NCBI GenBank assembly: GCA_965116905.1
Contig: OZ220732.1
Location: 1,696,001-1,760,000 of the forward strand
Source of the DNA: Longimicrobiales bacterium
GTDB taxonomy: Bacteria > Gemmatimonadota > Gemmatimonadetes > Longimicrobiales > Gaopeijiaceae
Length of the DNA: 64,000 nucleotides
Direction of reading: 5' to 3'
The notes below the pieces were generated by a model that did not search any database, was not told the DNA's origin, and worked only from the letters and a program-made list of their open reading frames with translations. How positions within the stretch are numbered: position 1 is the first letter of the stretch; each line of letters opens with the position of its first letter. A program made the translations under genes and the position numbers. Positions 1 through 9,517 of the stretch are shown here, piece after piece.

Positions 1-1
1 C

Positions 2-1459
2 GCGCGTCGGCTCGCCGCCATCGGCCGGGATGCGCCACAGGTGGCCGCCTTCGGCCCAGTCGAACGTGGTGAAGGCGATCTCGGTCCCATCCGGCGACCA
101 CGCCGGCGCGTACTCGAAGCCCGCGAACGAACCGGGAGTGAGCCGGCGGGGCTCTCCACCCGCCGCATCCTGGATCCAGAGTTTGCCGACGCCCTCGAAG
201 ACGATGTCCCGTCCGTCGCGCGACCCGGTGGGCCAGCGCAGGAAACGCGCGTCGAACGTCCCCTCGGGAATGCTCCTGGTTGCGTACGCCATCTCCGAGA
301 TCGTGCGCTGCACGCTCGCCGTGAACGGCACGGTCCCCACGCTCCCGCTGCCCGGGTCCAGCTCGCGGATGCCACCGCCCTGCGACAGGTAGATGCGCCT
401 GCCGTCGGCGGACCAGGTGAACCGGGGGAGAATCGGTGCCGCCCGCGTGATCTCTTGCGACATGTCCCACTCCACCGGGTCCATCACCAGGCGCTCGGTG
501 CCGTCTTCCAGGTCCCGCAGCCACAGCCCGGTCCGCGGACCGAAGACGTGGCCCCGATACTCGAGCAGACCGTCGGGGATGCGTCGCCCGAACGCGAGGA
601 AGCGTCCGTCCGGAGAGACTTCGGGGGCGAAGGCGCCGCCGCTGGTCATCCGCCCCTGCTGCTGGGACTGTCCGCTCGTGATTCGGGTGATTTCGCCGGT
701 GGCGAGTTCCAGCCGACGGATCTGGAAGTCCCCCCTGGACGAGTCCTGCCCCCCATACGGAAGGATCGATCCCACGAACTGGTGGAAGTAGAGGTACCGT
801 CCATCGGGCGAGACCGACGGCCAGCCCGGCATCTCGGTGGTGTACGGGACGAGCTCGATCCCCGTGCCGCCGTCGCGGTGGTACATGAACAGGCCGTAGG
901 AAAAGAGCCCGCCGCCGGCCATGTCCGTCTGGCGCACGATGATGTACTGGCCGTCCGGGGTCCACACCGGCTCCATCGCGCGGATGTTGATGTTCGTGAA
1001 CACCGCGCGCGGATCCGTGCCGTCGGCGTTCATGATCCAGAGGTTGTTCTGGCCCTCGCGGTCCGAAATGAACGCGATCTCCGAACCGTCCGGCGAGAAG
1101 ACGGGATGGATGTTGAGCGCGAGCCCCGAGTTCTGCGTGATGCTGGCCGCCTCGCCGCCGCCCGCGGGCATCCGGTAGATGTGCCCGAGCAGGTCGAAGA
1201 CGAGCCACTCCCCGTCCGGCGAGACATCGACCGACATCCAGGTGCCCTCGGTTGTGGTGAAGGCGATCTCGCGAGTCTCGCCGCGGGGCATCGTGATGTC
1301 CCATTCGGCGGGCGACTGGGCGGACGCCGGCGATTGGCCGGAGGCTGGCGACAGGGCGGACGCCGGCGATTGGCCGGAGGCTGGCGACAGGGCGGACGCT
1401 GGCGACAGGCTCAGGGCGGCCGCGAGTACGAGCAGGTTGGCCGGGATTGCGTTCGACAC
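2..1459 (-). CDS. Secreted TolB/PD40-repeat beta-propeller protein, probably the N-terminal part of a PD40-amidohydrolase fusion; runs off the left edge
   Basis: Not in the ORF track because there is no stop in the window. GTG at 1459 follows an AAGGAGG RBS. Manual translation gives a signal peptide, then FTTTEGTWMSVDVSPDG...FDLLGHIY, PVFSPDGSEIAFISDREG, PAWSPDGTEIAF. Confidence 0.85.
   Translation of the reverse strand, partial: MSNAIPANLLVLAAALSLSPASALSPASGQSPASALSPASGQSPASAQSPAEWDITMPRGETREIAFTTTEGTWMSVDVSPDGEWLVFDLLGHIYRMPAGGGEAASITQNSGLALNIHPVFSPDGSEIAFISDREGQNNLWIMNADGTDPRAVFTNINIRAMEPVWTPDGQYIIVRQTDMAGGGLFSYGLFMYHRDGGTGIELVPYTTEMPGWPSVSPDGRYLYFHQFVGSILPYGGQDSSRGDFQIRRLELATGEITRITSGQSQQQGRMTSGGAFAPEVSPDGRFLAFGRRIPDGLLEYRGHVFGPRTGLWLRDLEDGTERLVMDPVEWDMSQEITRAAPILPRFTWSADGRRIYLSQGGGIRELDPGSGSVGTVPFTASVQRTISEMAYATRSIPEGTFDARFLRWPTGSRDGRDIVFEGVGKLWIQDAAGGEPRRLTPGSFAGFEYAPAWSPDGTEIAFTTFDWAEGGHLWRIPADGGEPTR
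1311..1409. repeat. In-frame tandem repeat (36-bp unit x2, built from 18-bp subunits) encoding SPASAL/SPASGQ after the signal peptide
   Basis: gggcggacgccggcgattggccggaggctggcgaca at 1318-1353 and 1354-1389, plus partial copies on both sides. Confidence 0.9.
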
Positions 1460-1633
1460 TGGTTTCCTCCTTGTATGACGGGGGCGGAAAAGTCGCGTCT
1501 TGCCAGGCCCGCCGCGAGGGTTTGGTCCGGCGCGATCTGTGCCCCCTGTCGGGTTTGCCCTCTCGGCCCCACGTTATCGGTCCCCCGTTGGTCGCCAGTG
1601 AAGCCACAAGAAATGGATGGACAGGAGGAAGTC

Positions 1634-4342
1634 ATGATCCGCCGCGCTTCTCCAAGCACGCTCTCCAGCAGGATTTCCCACGCGCTCTGGGCGCTTTTGG
1701 CAATTTTTGCCATTGCCCTGCCCGGGCGCACGCTCTCGGCCCAGGACACCGGCGACGGCGCCGATCAGACGCCGCCGAGCCCGGCGGAAAGGCTCCTCGC
1801 CGCCAGGGAATGGGTGCAGCCGCCGACGGAGATCGCCGACGCGGTGCTGGCGCCGCGCTACCTGAACGTGACGCTCAACGAGCGCAGTCCGGACGGGCGC
1901 TGGTTCCTCCACATGGTGGGCGACGGCCCGGTCACGATGGACCGCTTCTCGCGTCCGTTCGACGAACTGGGCGGCCAGTTCCTGGAGCCCCAGGCGAATC
2001 GCCACCGCAGGCTGTCCACCCGGAGCTCCGTCGGGCTGCAGGTGATTTCCGCGGCCGACGGATCCGTCACCGACATCGAGGTCCCGGACGACGCACGCGT
2101 TTCTGCGGCCCAGTGGTCACCCGACGGCTCCCGGATCGCCTTCTACGTCCACTTCGACGACGCCACGCACATCCAGGTGGCCGACCCCGAGAGCGGCGAT
2201 TCGCGGCAGGTCACCCGCGACCCCGTACTCGCGACCATGGTCACCAACTTCCAGTGGACCTCCGGCGGCGAGGAGATCGCGACCGTGCTCGTTCCCGAGG
2301 ATCGCCCGTCCCGCCCCATGGCGCCGGGCGTCCCGAGCGGCCCGCAGGTCAAGCAGACGGAAGACGGCAAGAACGTGCTGCGGACCTACGCGAGCCTCAT
2401 GGCCACGCCCCATGACGAGGCGCTGCTCACGTGGCACGTCACGGGCCAGCTGGCCACGATCGCGGTCGACAACCGCCGAGTCACCACCGTCGGCGATCCG
2501 GCGATGATCCGCAGCTTCGACTTTTCGCCGGACGGACAGCACGCGCGCGTCACGACGATGGTCGAGCCGTTCAGCTACATCGTCCCCGTCACGAGCTTCG
2601 GACGCGTCGAGGAGATCTGGGACCGCGAGGGCAACGTGCTCGCCGAGATCGCCGAGACCGAACTCAACACCGGCATTCGCGGCGCCCCGTCCGCCCCCGG
2701 AGTCGCGGGGGACGAGGAGGAGCCCGACCGCCGCCAGATAGCGTGGCGCGAGGACGGGGCCGGGCTGGTCTTCCTGCGGATGGAACCCGAAGAGGACGAG
2801 GAAGAGGGCGAAGAGCCGGCCGCCGAGGAGGAGGAAGGGGACGAGGGTCCGAACGCGCGCCGCAAGGACCGCGTGGTACTCTGGTCGCCGCCCTTTGGCG
2901 AAGAGGACACGACGATCCTCTACGAGAGCGACCGGCGCATGGCCAACCACCGGTATTCGTCCGACTACGGATGGCTCTTCGTCACTCAGCGGCCCGGTGG
3001 TGGCGGGGGTGGACCGGCGGCCTTCGGCGGAGGTGGCGGTGGTGGCACCGTGACCGAGTATGCCGTCCGCCTGGACGACCCCGAGACCCGCTACACGATC
3101 AGCGAGTGGGACTCCGACGACTTCTACGCCAACCCGGGCTCGCTGCTGATGAGCGGCGGACGCGCGGCCGGAGGCGCCGTCTTCCGCTTCGGGGGCGGCG
3201 GGGGCGGGGGCGGTGGCACGCAGTTCGTGCAGATCTCGGGGGACGAGGGGGCCGAGACCGTCTTCCTGACGGGCACGCAGTACTCCGAAGATCCCCTCGC
3301 GGAGTCGCCCAGGTCATTCATGGATCGCGTCGACATCCGTACGGGTGAGAAGGAGCGCGTCTACGAGAGCTCCAACGACGGCGAGTACGAGCGCATCACC
3401 TCGGTGCTGGACGCGGCCGCGGGCCGCTTCGTCGTGCACCGGGAGTCGCCGACCGAAATCGGCCAGTCGTTTCTGGTGGACGGCGACACGCGCACGCAGC
3501 TGACGAACAACGTCGACTACACGCCCGACCTGACCAACGCGCCGCGCGAGCGGTTTACCGTCGAGCGTCCCGACGGCTTCAGCTTCCTGGTGAACGTGAC
3601 GATGCCCCCGGACTTCGAGGAGGGGCAGGAGCGCCCGGCGATGTTCTGGTTCTACCCGCGCGAGTACGAGGACCAGGAGTCGTACGACGAGGGCGCCCGG
3701 ACCTTCAACAAGAACGCCTTCCCCAACTTCGGAACCCGGTCGATCGAGTACCTCATCCGGCTCGGCTATGTCGTGGTCGAGCCCGATGCGCCGATCGTGG
3801 GCGAGGCGGGCCGGATCAACAACAACTACCAGCACGATCTGCGCAACAACCTCGCCGCGGTAATCGACGAACTGGACGAGCGCGGGATCATCGACCGCCG
3901 CAGGCTGGGACTGGGCGGCCATTCCTACGGCGCCTTCGGCACGGTCAACGCCATGGTCCACACGCCCTTCTTCAAGGCGGGGATCGCGGGCGACGGCAAC
4001 TACAACCGCACCTTCACCCCCCTGGGATTCCAGCGGGAGCGCCGCCACTTCTGGGACGCGCGCGAGGTCTATCTGGGCATGTCCCCGTTCGTCTACGCGA
4101 ACAACCTGACCGGCGCCCTGCTCCTGTACCACGGCATGCACGACCAGAATGTCGGCACGGCTCCGGACCACTCGCCGCGCCTCTTCCACGCCCTCAACGG
4201 GCTGGGCAAGGAGGCCGCGATGTACCTCTATCCGTTCGAGGACCACGGACCCGCGACCCGGGAGACGCTCCTCGACCTGTGGGCGCGCTGGGCCGCGTGG
4301 CTGGAGGTGCACCTGGCGGAGAGGGAAAGGCCGGTGACTTGA
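1634..4342 (+). CDS. Secreted S9-family (prolyl oligopeptidase clan, glutamyl-endopeptidase-like) serine peptidase
   Basis: ATG at 1634 after CAGGAGGA; signal peptide; beta-propeller; GHSYGA nucleophile, HGMHDQNV Asp, PFEDHG His. The upstream part of ORF 41..4342 is antisense shadow. Confidence 0.9.
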   Translation: MIRRASPSTLSSRISHALWALLAIFAIALPGRTLSAQDTGDGADQTPPSPAERLLAAREWVQPPTEIADAVLAPRYLNVTLNERSPDGRWFLHMVGDGPVTMDRFSRPFDELGGQFLEPQANRHRRLSTRSSVGLQVISAADGSVTDIEVPDDARVSAAQWSPDGSRIAFYVHFDDATHIQVADPESGDSRQVTRDPVLATMVTNFQWTSGGEEIATVLVPEDRPSRPMAPGVPSGPQVKQTEDGKNVLRTYASLMATPHDEALLTWHVTGQLATIAVDNRRVTTVGDPAMIRSFDFSPDGQHARVTTMVEPFSYIVPVTSFGRVEEIWDREGNVLAEIAETELNTGIRGAPSAPGVAGDEEEPDRRQIAWREDGAGLVFLRMEPEEDEEEGEEPAAEEEEGDEGPNARRKDRVVLWSPPFGEEDTTILYESDRRMANHRYSSDYGWLFVTQRPGGGGGGPAAFGGGGGGGTVTEYAVRLDDPETRYTISEWDSDDFYANPGSLLMSGGRAAGGAVFRFGGGGGGGGGTQFVQISGDEGAETVFLTGTQYSEDPLAESPRSFMDRVDIRTGEKERVYESSNDGEYERITSVLDAAAGRFVVHRESPTEIGQSFLVDGDTRTQLTNNVDYTPDLTNAPRERFTVERPDGFSFLVNVTMPPDFEEGQERPAMFWFYPREYEDQESYDEGARTFNKNAFPNFGTRSIEYLIRLGYVVVEPDAPIVGEAGRINNNYQHDLRNNLAAVIDELDERGIIDRRRLGLGGHSYGAFGTVNAMVHTPFFKAGIAGDGNYNRTFTPLGFQRERRHFWDAREVYLGMSPFVYANNLTGALLLYHGMHDQNVGTAPDHSPRLFHALNGLGKEAAMYLYPFEDHGPATRETLLDLWARWAAWLEVHLAERERPVT

Positions 4343-4365
4343 GGGGTTGAGGGGGTTGCGGCCCC

Positions 4366-5474
4366 ATGAACGTCGGCGGCGTCTCCTACCGGGCCATCTT
4401 CACCGGGCGCGACGGGCGCGACGGGCGGGAGGTCCGGGTCATCGACCAGACGCTCCTGCCTCACCGGTTCGAGACCATCCCCCTTGAGTCGACTGCGGAC
4501 GCGGCCCGGGCGATCCGCGACATGGTCGTGCGGGGTGCGCCGCTGATCGGCGCGACCGCGGCGTACGGGATTGCGCTGGCGATGCGGTCGGACCCCTCCG
4601 ATGCTTCGCTCGACCGGGCGACCGCGCTCCTGGCGGCGACCCGGCCGACGGCGGTCAACCTGCGCTGGGCGCTCGAAGCGGCGGGTGCGCTGCTGCGGGA
4701 CACGGCGCCCGGCGAGCGCGCCGACGCGGCGTATGACTTCGCTGCCCAGCTGTGCGACGACGACGTTCGGCGCAACCGCGGCATCGGCGAGCACGGGCTC
4801 GGGGTCTTCCGGGAGATCGCGCGGGCGGGCGGGTCGCAGGCGAGCGGCGGCGGGCGCGAACTCAACGTCATGACGCACTGCAACGCGGGCTGGCTGGCGA
4901 CGGTCGACTGGGGCACCGCGACCGCACCCATGTACCTGGCCCACGACCAGGGCCTGCGCGTTCACGTCTGGGTCCGCGAGACGCGGCCTCGCTTCCAGGG
5001 CGCGGGCCTCACCTCGTGGGAACTCGGTCAGCACGGCGTACCGCACACCTTGGTGTCCGACAGCGCGGCGGGGTACCTGCTGAGCCGCGGCAAGGTCGAT
5101 GTGGTGATCGTGGGAACCGACCGCACGACCGCCGCCGGTGACGTGGCCAACAAGGTCGGCACCTACCCGCTCGCGCTGGCGGCGCGCGACACGGGGTCCC
5201 GTTCTACGTGGCCGCGCCGTCTCCGAGCATCGACTGGTCGATCGAGGACGGCGCGAGCATCCCGATCGAGGAGCGCGACCCGGAAGAGATCACCCGCGTG
5301 TGGGGCGTGGACGAGGAGGGTGTCGAGCGCCGCGTGCGGGTGGTGCCGGAGGGGACCCACGCGGCCAACTACGCCTTCGACGTGACGCCCAGGCGGCTGG
5401 TCACGGGACTGGTGACCGAACGCGGCGTGTGCGCGGCGGACCCGGAGGCGCTGGGGAGGATGTTCGGGCGATAG
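4366..5474 (+). pseudogene. mtnA: S-methyl-5-thioribose-1-phosphate isomerase with a 1-nt frameshift near 5191-5197 (real lesion or sequencing error)
   Basis: IDQTLLP, MVVRGAPLIG, TRPTAVNL, THCNAGWLATVDWGTA, ETRP, GDVANKVGTY in one frame; VPFYVAAPSPSIDW, IPIEERD, NYAFDVTP..LVTGLVTERG continue in a second frame to TAG 5474. Confidence 0.85.
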
Positions 5475-5510
5475 GAGGCCCGCGCGACCGTTGTCCAGCG
5501 CTGGCAACCC

Positions 5511-6833
5511 CTAACCCGCGACGATCTTCCAGATCCTTCCGCGCAGCGAGTCGCTGACGTAGACCGATCCGTCCGGGCCCGTCGCAACCCCCGTCGGCCG
5601 GTTGTCCGCCTGGTTCGATGACGTGATCTGTCCTCCCGCGAACCCGTCCGCGAAGACAGACCAGTCTCCTGTGGGCACATCGCCCTCGAAGGGGATCCAC
5701 ACCACGTTGTAGCCGGCCTGCACGGGTGTTCGGTTCCACGACCCGTGAAAGGCGACGAACGCGCCGTTTTGGTAAGCCGGAGGGAAGCCGGCGCCACTCG
5801 AGAACGCCATCGCGTTGGGGGCCCAGTGGGCGGGCAGGCCGATCGCGGGCATGTCCATGTCGGCGCAGCGCCCCACCTCGACGCCGTCGCCGCCGTACTC
5901 GGGGGCCAGCACCTTGGTGTTGTTGCTGGGGTCGTGGAAGCAGTACGGCCAGCCGAAGTCGGACCCCTGACGGATGTGGGCGAATTCCTCGGACGGCTTC
6001 TCGGTGCCGTCGGTGGTCGTGAAGTGCCCGGGCCACAGTTCGCGAAGCTGGTCGCGCCCGTGGATTACCGCGTACAGTTCGCCGGATGCCGGATGCACGG
6101 CGATGGCCGCCGCGTTGCGCACGCCGGTCGAGAAGCGTTCGCCGTCGGCCTGCGTCTGTCCGAGACGGTCGGTCGCAAAGCGCCAGATTCCCGCCCGCGT
6201 AACCAGCTCGCCACACGGATCGCGGCCGGGCACGCCGGGTGTGCGCGGAGAGGTCTGGCAGGCGTTGGACGGCGAGCCGATGCCGATGAACACGCTTCCG
6301 TCGGGATGCAGGGCGATGCTCTTGGTCGGATGATTGCGTGCGCTCGGAAGCCCGTCGACGATTGTTTCGGGGGGACCGGATGGCGTGAGCGAACCGGCGG
6401 CGATCGCGTAGCGCAGAACCGCGTTGTTGGTCGCCAGGTAAAGCACGCCCTCGCCGAGCACGATGCCGCTGGCGCCCTCATCGCCCCAGCGCTCCGTCTG
6501 GTCGGCCGTGCCGTTACCGTCGAGGTCGCGCAGCGCCATGACGCCGCCGGTCGTGTTGCCCCGGTTGCGTATCGCTACGAAAACGTCTCCGTTTGCCGCT
6601 ACCGCGAGTTGCCGGGCGGCGCCCACACCGGGATGATAGACCCGCGCGCAAAAGCCGTCGGGCACACTGATGGCCGGATCGCAGAGCGGATCCTCCGGCA
6701 CCTCGGTCGGCACCTCGGGAGCGGGGGAGTCAGCGGTCCCGCACGCGGCGGCGAACGCAGCAACGAAGGCAGCGGCAAATGCAGCAGCGGCCGTGACCCC
6801 GACTGCCGCCCGATACAGCTTTCTCGGTTTCAT
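5511..6833 (-). CDS. PQQ-dependent glucose/sorbosone dehydrogenase family lipoprotein
   Basis: Lipobox AAAC; GIGSPSNAC, STGVRN, HGRDQL, DFGWPYC, FHGSWNR, RPTGVATGPDGSVYVSD. Confidence 0.85.
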   Translation of the reverse strand: MKPRKLYRAAVGVTAAAAFAAAFVAAFAAACGTADSPAPEVPTEVPEDPLCDPAISVPDGFCARVYHPGVGAARQLAVAANGDVFVAIRNRGNTTGGVMALRDLDGNGTADQTERWGDEGASGIVLGEGVLYLATNNAVLRYAIAAGSLTPSGPPETIVDGLPSARNHPTKSIALHPDGSVFIGIGSPSNACQTSPRTPGVPGRDPCGELVTRAGIWRFATDRLGQTQADGERFSTGVRNAAAIAVHPASGELYAVIHGRDQLRELWPGHFTTTDGTEKPSEEFAHIRQGSDFGWPYCFHDPSNNTKVLAPEYGGDGVEVGRCADMDMPAIGLPAHWAPNAMAFSSGAGFPPAYQNGAFVAFHGSWNRTPVQAGYNVVWIPFEGDVPTGDWSVFADGFAGGQITSSNQADNRPTGVATGPDGSVYVSDSLRGRIWKIVAG

Positions 6834-6912
6834 GACATATCCCTACGATAGATTTCAGCTGAAACGCCGACGATCACGTCGCGACGGTGACCCAGCCAGG
6901 AGCCGCCTCAAC

Positions 6913-8067
6913 ATGATAGAGCTAACGACAAAGCTACGCCGCAATGCACATGTACGCCGCAGCGAACAGACGATTGCACGTGGGCTCCTGCTGTCCGTCG
7001 CGTGCTCGGTGGGCCTCGCGGGCCTGGCCGCGCCCGACGCACTCGCCGCTCAGACCTTCCCCAACCCGTACCGCGCCACGCTCGGATGGGAGTCGCTGCC
7101 CGAAGGCCGCACCCTCGGCATCGTCAGCGGAGTGATTCCCGATCCGGACGGCGAGCACCTCTGGATCCTCGACCGCTGCGGCGCGAACCAGTGCGCGGGC
7201 ACCGACCTCGACCCGATCCTCAAGTTCGACCTCGAGGGCAACCTGGTCGACAGCTTCGGCGCGGGGCTCTTCGCCTTCCCGCACGGCTTCGCCCTCGACC
7301 ACGACGGCTTCCTGTGGGTCACGGAGGGCGGCGCGCACGGCGACCCGCGGGGCGTACTGGGCGAGTCCATGGGCATGGGGCACCAGGTCTTCAAGCTTAC
7401 GCGCACGGGCGAGGTGGTCATGCGCCTCGGCGAGGCGGGCGTGCACGGCGACGACGATTCGCACTTCAACGGCCCGTCCGGTGTGGCGATCGCCCCGAAC
7501 GGGGACATCTGGATCGCGGACGGCCACCGGGGCGGCAACAACAGAATCGTCCGGGTGGCCAGCGACGGCACCTTCATCCGCGCGGTCGGCGGCGGGATCG
7601 GTTCCGAGAGCCGCGAACCCGGCCGTTTCAGCGATCCCCACGACATCAAGGTCGACTCCCGCGGGCGAGTCTATGTGGCGGACCGGGGCAACAGCCGCAT
7701 CCAGGTCTTCGATCCCGAGGGGAACCTTCTCTACATCTGGACGCAATACGGCAAGCCGAGCGGCCTGTTCATCGATCCCAACGACATCCTGTACGCGGGC
7801 GACGGCCTCTCCGGCGATCTGCGCACCGGCCCGCCCGACCCCTGGCGCAGCAACTTCGGCTGGGAGAAGGGCATCCGCATCGGCGACCTCAAGACCGAGC
7901 AGGCCTGGGTCACCTACTTCATTCCCCAGCACGACGAGAACGTCGGCCCGGGGATCGAGTTTCTGGGCGTCGACCTCGACGGCAATATCTACGCCGGCGA
8001 AATCAACCGCATGCGCATGGTCCGGTACGTACCGGAGCGCCCGCTGCTGATCGGGGGCAGGCGCTAG
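6913..8067 (+). CDS. Secreted NHL-repeat protein, peptidyl-alpha-hydroxyglycine alpha-amidating lyase-like; start uncertain
   Basis: FAFPHG, FNGPSGVAIAPNGDIWIADG, FSDPHDI.VDSRGRVYVADRGNSRIQVFD; hydrophobic signal ending ALAAQ. Confidence 0.8.
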   Translation: MIELTTKLRRNAHVRRSEQTIARGLLLSVACSVGLAGLAAPDALAAQTFPNPYRATLGWESLPEGRTLGIVSGVIPDPDGEHLWILDRCGANQCAGTDLDPILKFDLEGNLVDSFGAGLFAFPHGFALDHDGFLWVTEGGAHGDPRGVLGESMGMGHQVFKLTRTGEVVMRLGEAGVHGDDDSHFNGPSGVAIAPNGDIWIADGHRGGNNRIVRVASDGTFIRAVGGGIGSESREPGRFSDPHDIKVDSRGRVYVADRGNSRIQVFDPEGNLLYIWTQYGKPSGLFIDPNDILYAGDGLSGDLRTGPPDPWRSNFGWEKGIRIGDLKTEQAWVTYFIPQHDENVGPGIEFLGVDLDGNIYAGEINRMRMVRYVPERPLLIGGRR

Positions 8068-8109
8068 GGGCGGGGCGGGCCGGGGCGGGCCCCGACGCCG
8101 GCCGTCCCC

Positions 8110-8727
8110 CTACCGGGCGACCGAAAACGGCGCGCTGGCCACCTGGTCGCCCCACCAGACCGTGAACATGCCGCCGTCACTGGTCATGTCGGTGAAGGCG
8201 ATCACCATCTGGTCGGCGGACATCGCGCTTGTGGACACGCTCATGGACGTCCGCAGCACGTCGCGGTCCGGCGTGTAGTTGTAGGCGCCCCACAGCGTGT
8301 TCGGATCCTCGTCGCGCGGATTGGCCTTGGCGCCCCAATTGGAGAAGATCAGCGTCCATTCGCTCTCGGTGAGCTCGGCGAACACGGTGTACTCGCCGGC
8401 GGGCAGCCGCTGGCCACCGAACATGAGGTCCGTCTCGGTCATGAGGACGGTGGACTGGTTCGCGCCAAGCCGCCACACGGGCGCGCCCCGCAGGAACGCC
8501 TGGCCGTACTCCGCGCCGGAGCCGAAGAGATCGCGACCGCGGAGGATGGGCCTTCCGTAGTCCACGACGACCCAGCTGCCGCCCTCGTAGCGGCCGTTGT
8601 CGTTGTATGAGCCGCCGACCTGTGTGGCGGCCTCGCCGCGGGGGCTGGCCGGCCGGTCCTGGGCATCGGCGGCAGCCGCAAAGGCGAGCGTCAGGGCAAG
8701 GGGGGCGATGGCGCGGGCGATCTTCAT
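8110..8727 (-). CDS. DUF2911 domain secreted protein
   Basis: Signal peptide; RPASP, VDYGRP.LRGR.LFG, VWRLGANQST, LPAGEYTVF; RBS CAGGAG. Confidence 0.85.
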   Translation of the reverse strand: MKIARAIAPLALTLAFAAAADAQDRPASPRGEAATQVGGSYNDNGRYEGGSWVVVDYGRPILRGRDLFGSGAEYGQAFLRGAPVWRLGANQSTVLMTETDLMFGGQRLPAGEYTVFAELTESEWTLIFSNWGAKANPRDEDPNTLWGAYNYTPDRDVLRTSMSVSTSAMSADQMVIAFTDMTSDGGMFTVWWGDQVASAPFSVAR

Positions 8728-8944
8728 TGGTTTCTCCTGCGGGTTAGTGACACGACCTGATGGTCAGCGACCTTTATGGACCAAGGCAAGGGACTCGAAT
8801 AGTAAGTATGCGCAACGGAACCGGGAAGTGGCGTTGCGTCCTGTGTTGCGGCGGCCCGCAGTCTTGTCGGTGGCCAAAGACCGTTGCGTCTGCCTTCACC
8901 TGAGACGTAGATTCGGAATAGTCAGAATTTCGGAGGAATCAGAA

Positions 8945-9169
8945 ATGGAGTTCTCAAGGATTACTGCGCGTGGGCAGACGACCATCCCCAAGCGTATCCG
9001 GGAAGCGGCCAACCTGCGGGAGGGTGACATGCTTGCGTTCGACGTGCGTGGCGACCAGCTGGTCGTGCGCAGAGTAACGCCGGGGCCTGACGGCTATCTG
9101 GAAGGGTTGTCGAACACCATGAGCGAATGGGTTGAGTCCGAGGACGAGGAAGCATGGCGTGATCTGTGA
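8945..9169 (+). CDS. mazE: AbrB/MazE-type antitoxin
   Basis: SRITARGQTTIPKRIRE..NLREGD swapped-hairpin motif; C-terminal SEW.SEDEEAWRDL; GGAGG RBS. Confidence 0.85.
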   Translation: MEFSRITARGQTTIPKRIREAANLREGDMLAFDVRGDQLVVRRVTPGPDGYLEGLSNTMSEWVESEDEEAWRDL

Positions 9170-9494
9170 GCCGTACGATGTCGTGGTCGTCCCATTCCCG
9201 TTCACGGATCGCGACGTCTCGAAACGGCGGCCTGCGCTGGTCGTGTCGTCCACCGGATTCAACCGCGGTCACGCCCAACTCGTCCTGGCCATGATCACGT
9301 CGACGAAGAGCGAGTGGCCAAGCGACGTGATCCTTGACGCCTGGCGTGACGCCAATCTGAGTGTTCCCTGCAAGGTCCGCTTCAAGCTGTTCACGCTGGA
9401 TCACACCTTGATCATTCGTAAACTTGGCATTCTGTCGCCTGGAGACCGCCAGGCCGTCCGGGACGCGCTCCTACGCTGGATCGCCATCACCTGA
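9159..9494 (+). CDS. mazF: PemK/MazF-family endoribonuclease toxin
   Basis: GTG 9159 overlaps the antitoxin end; DVVVVPFPFTD...KRRPALVVS...FN, AMITS, RKLG.L. Confidence 0.9.
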   Translation: MICEPYDVVVVPFPFTDRDVSKRRPALVVSSTGFNRGHAQLVLAMITSTKSEWPSDVILDAWRDANLSVPCKVRFKLFTLDHTLIIRKLGILSPGDRQAVRDALLRWIAIT

Positions 9495-9517
9495 ACTTCC
9501 GAGCCCAGGCAAACCAC

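Noticed and set aside
41..1633. N-terminal 531 aa of the 1433-aa plus-strand ORF
   Set aside because: Antisense shadow of the minus-strand PD40 gene; the true start is ATG 1634 with RBS and signal peptide
5185..5210. Programmed ribosomal frameshift in mtnA
   Set aside because: No X XXY YYZ slippery heptamer and no precedent that I know of; an indel is simpler
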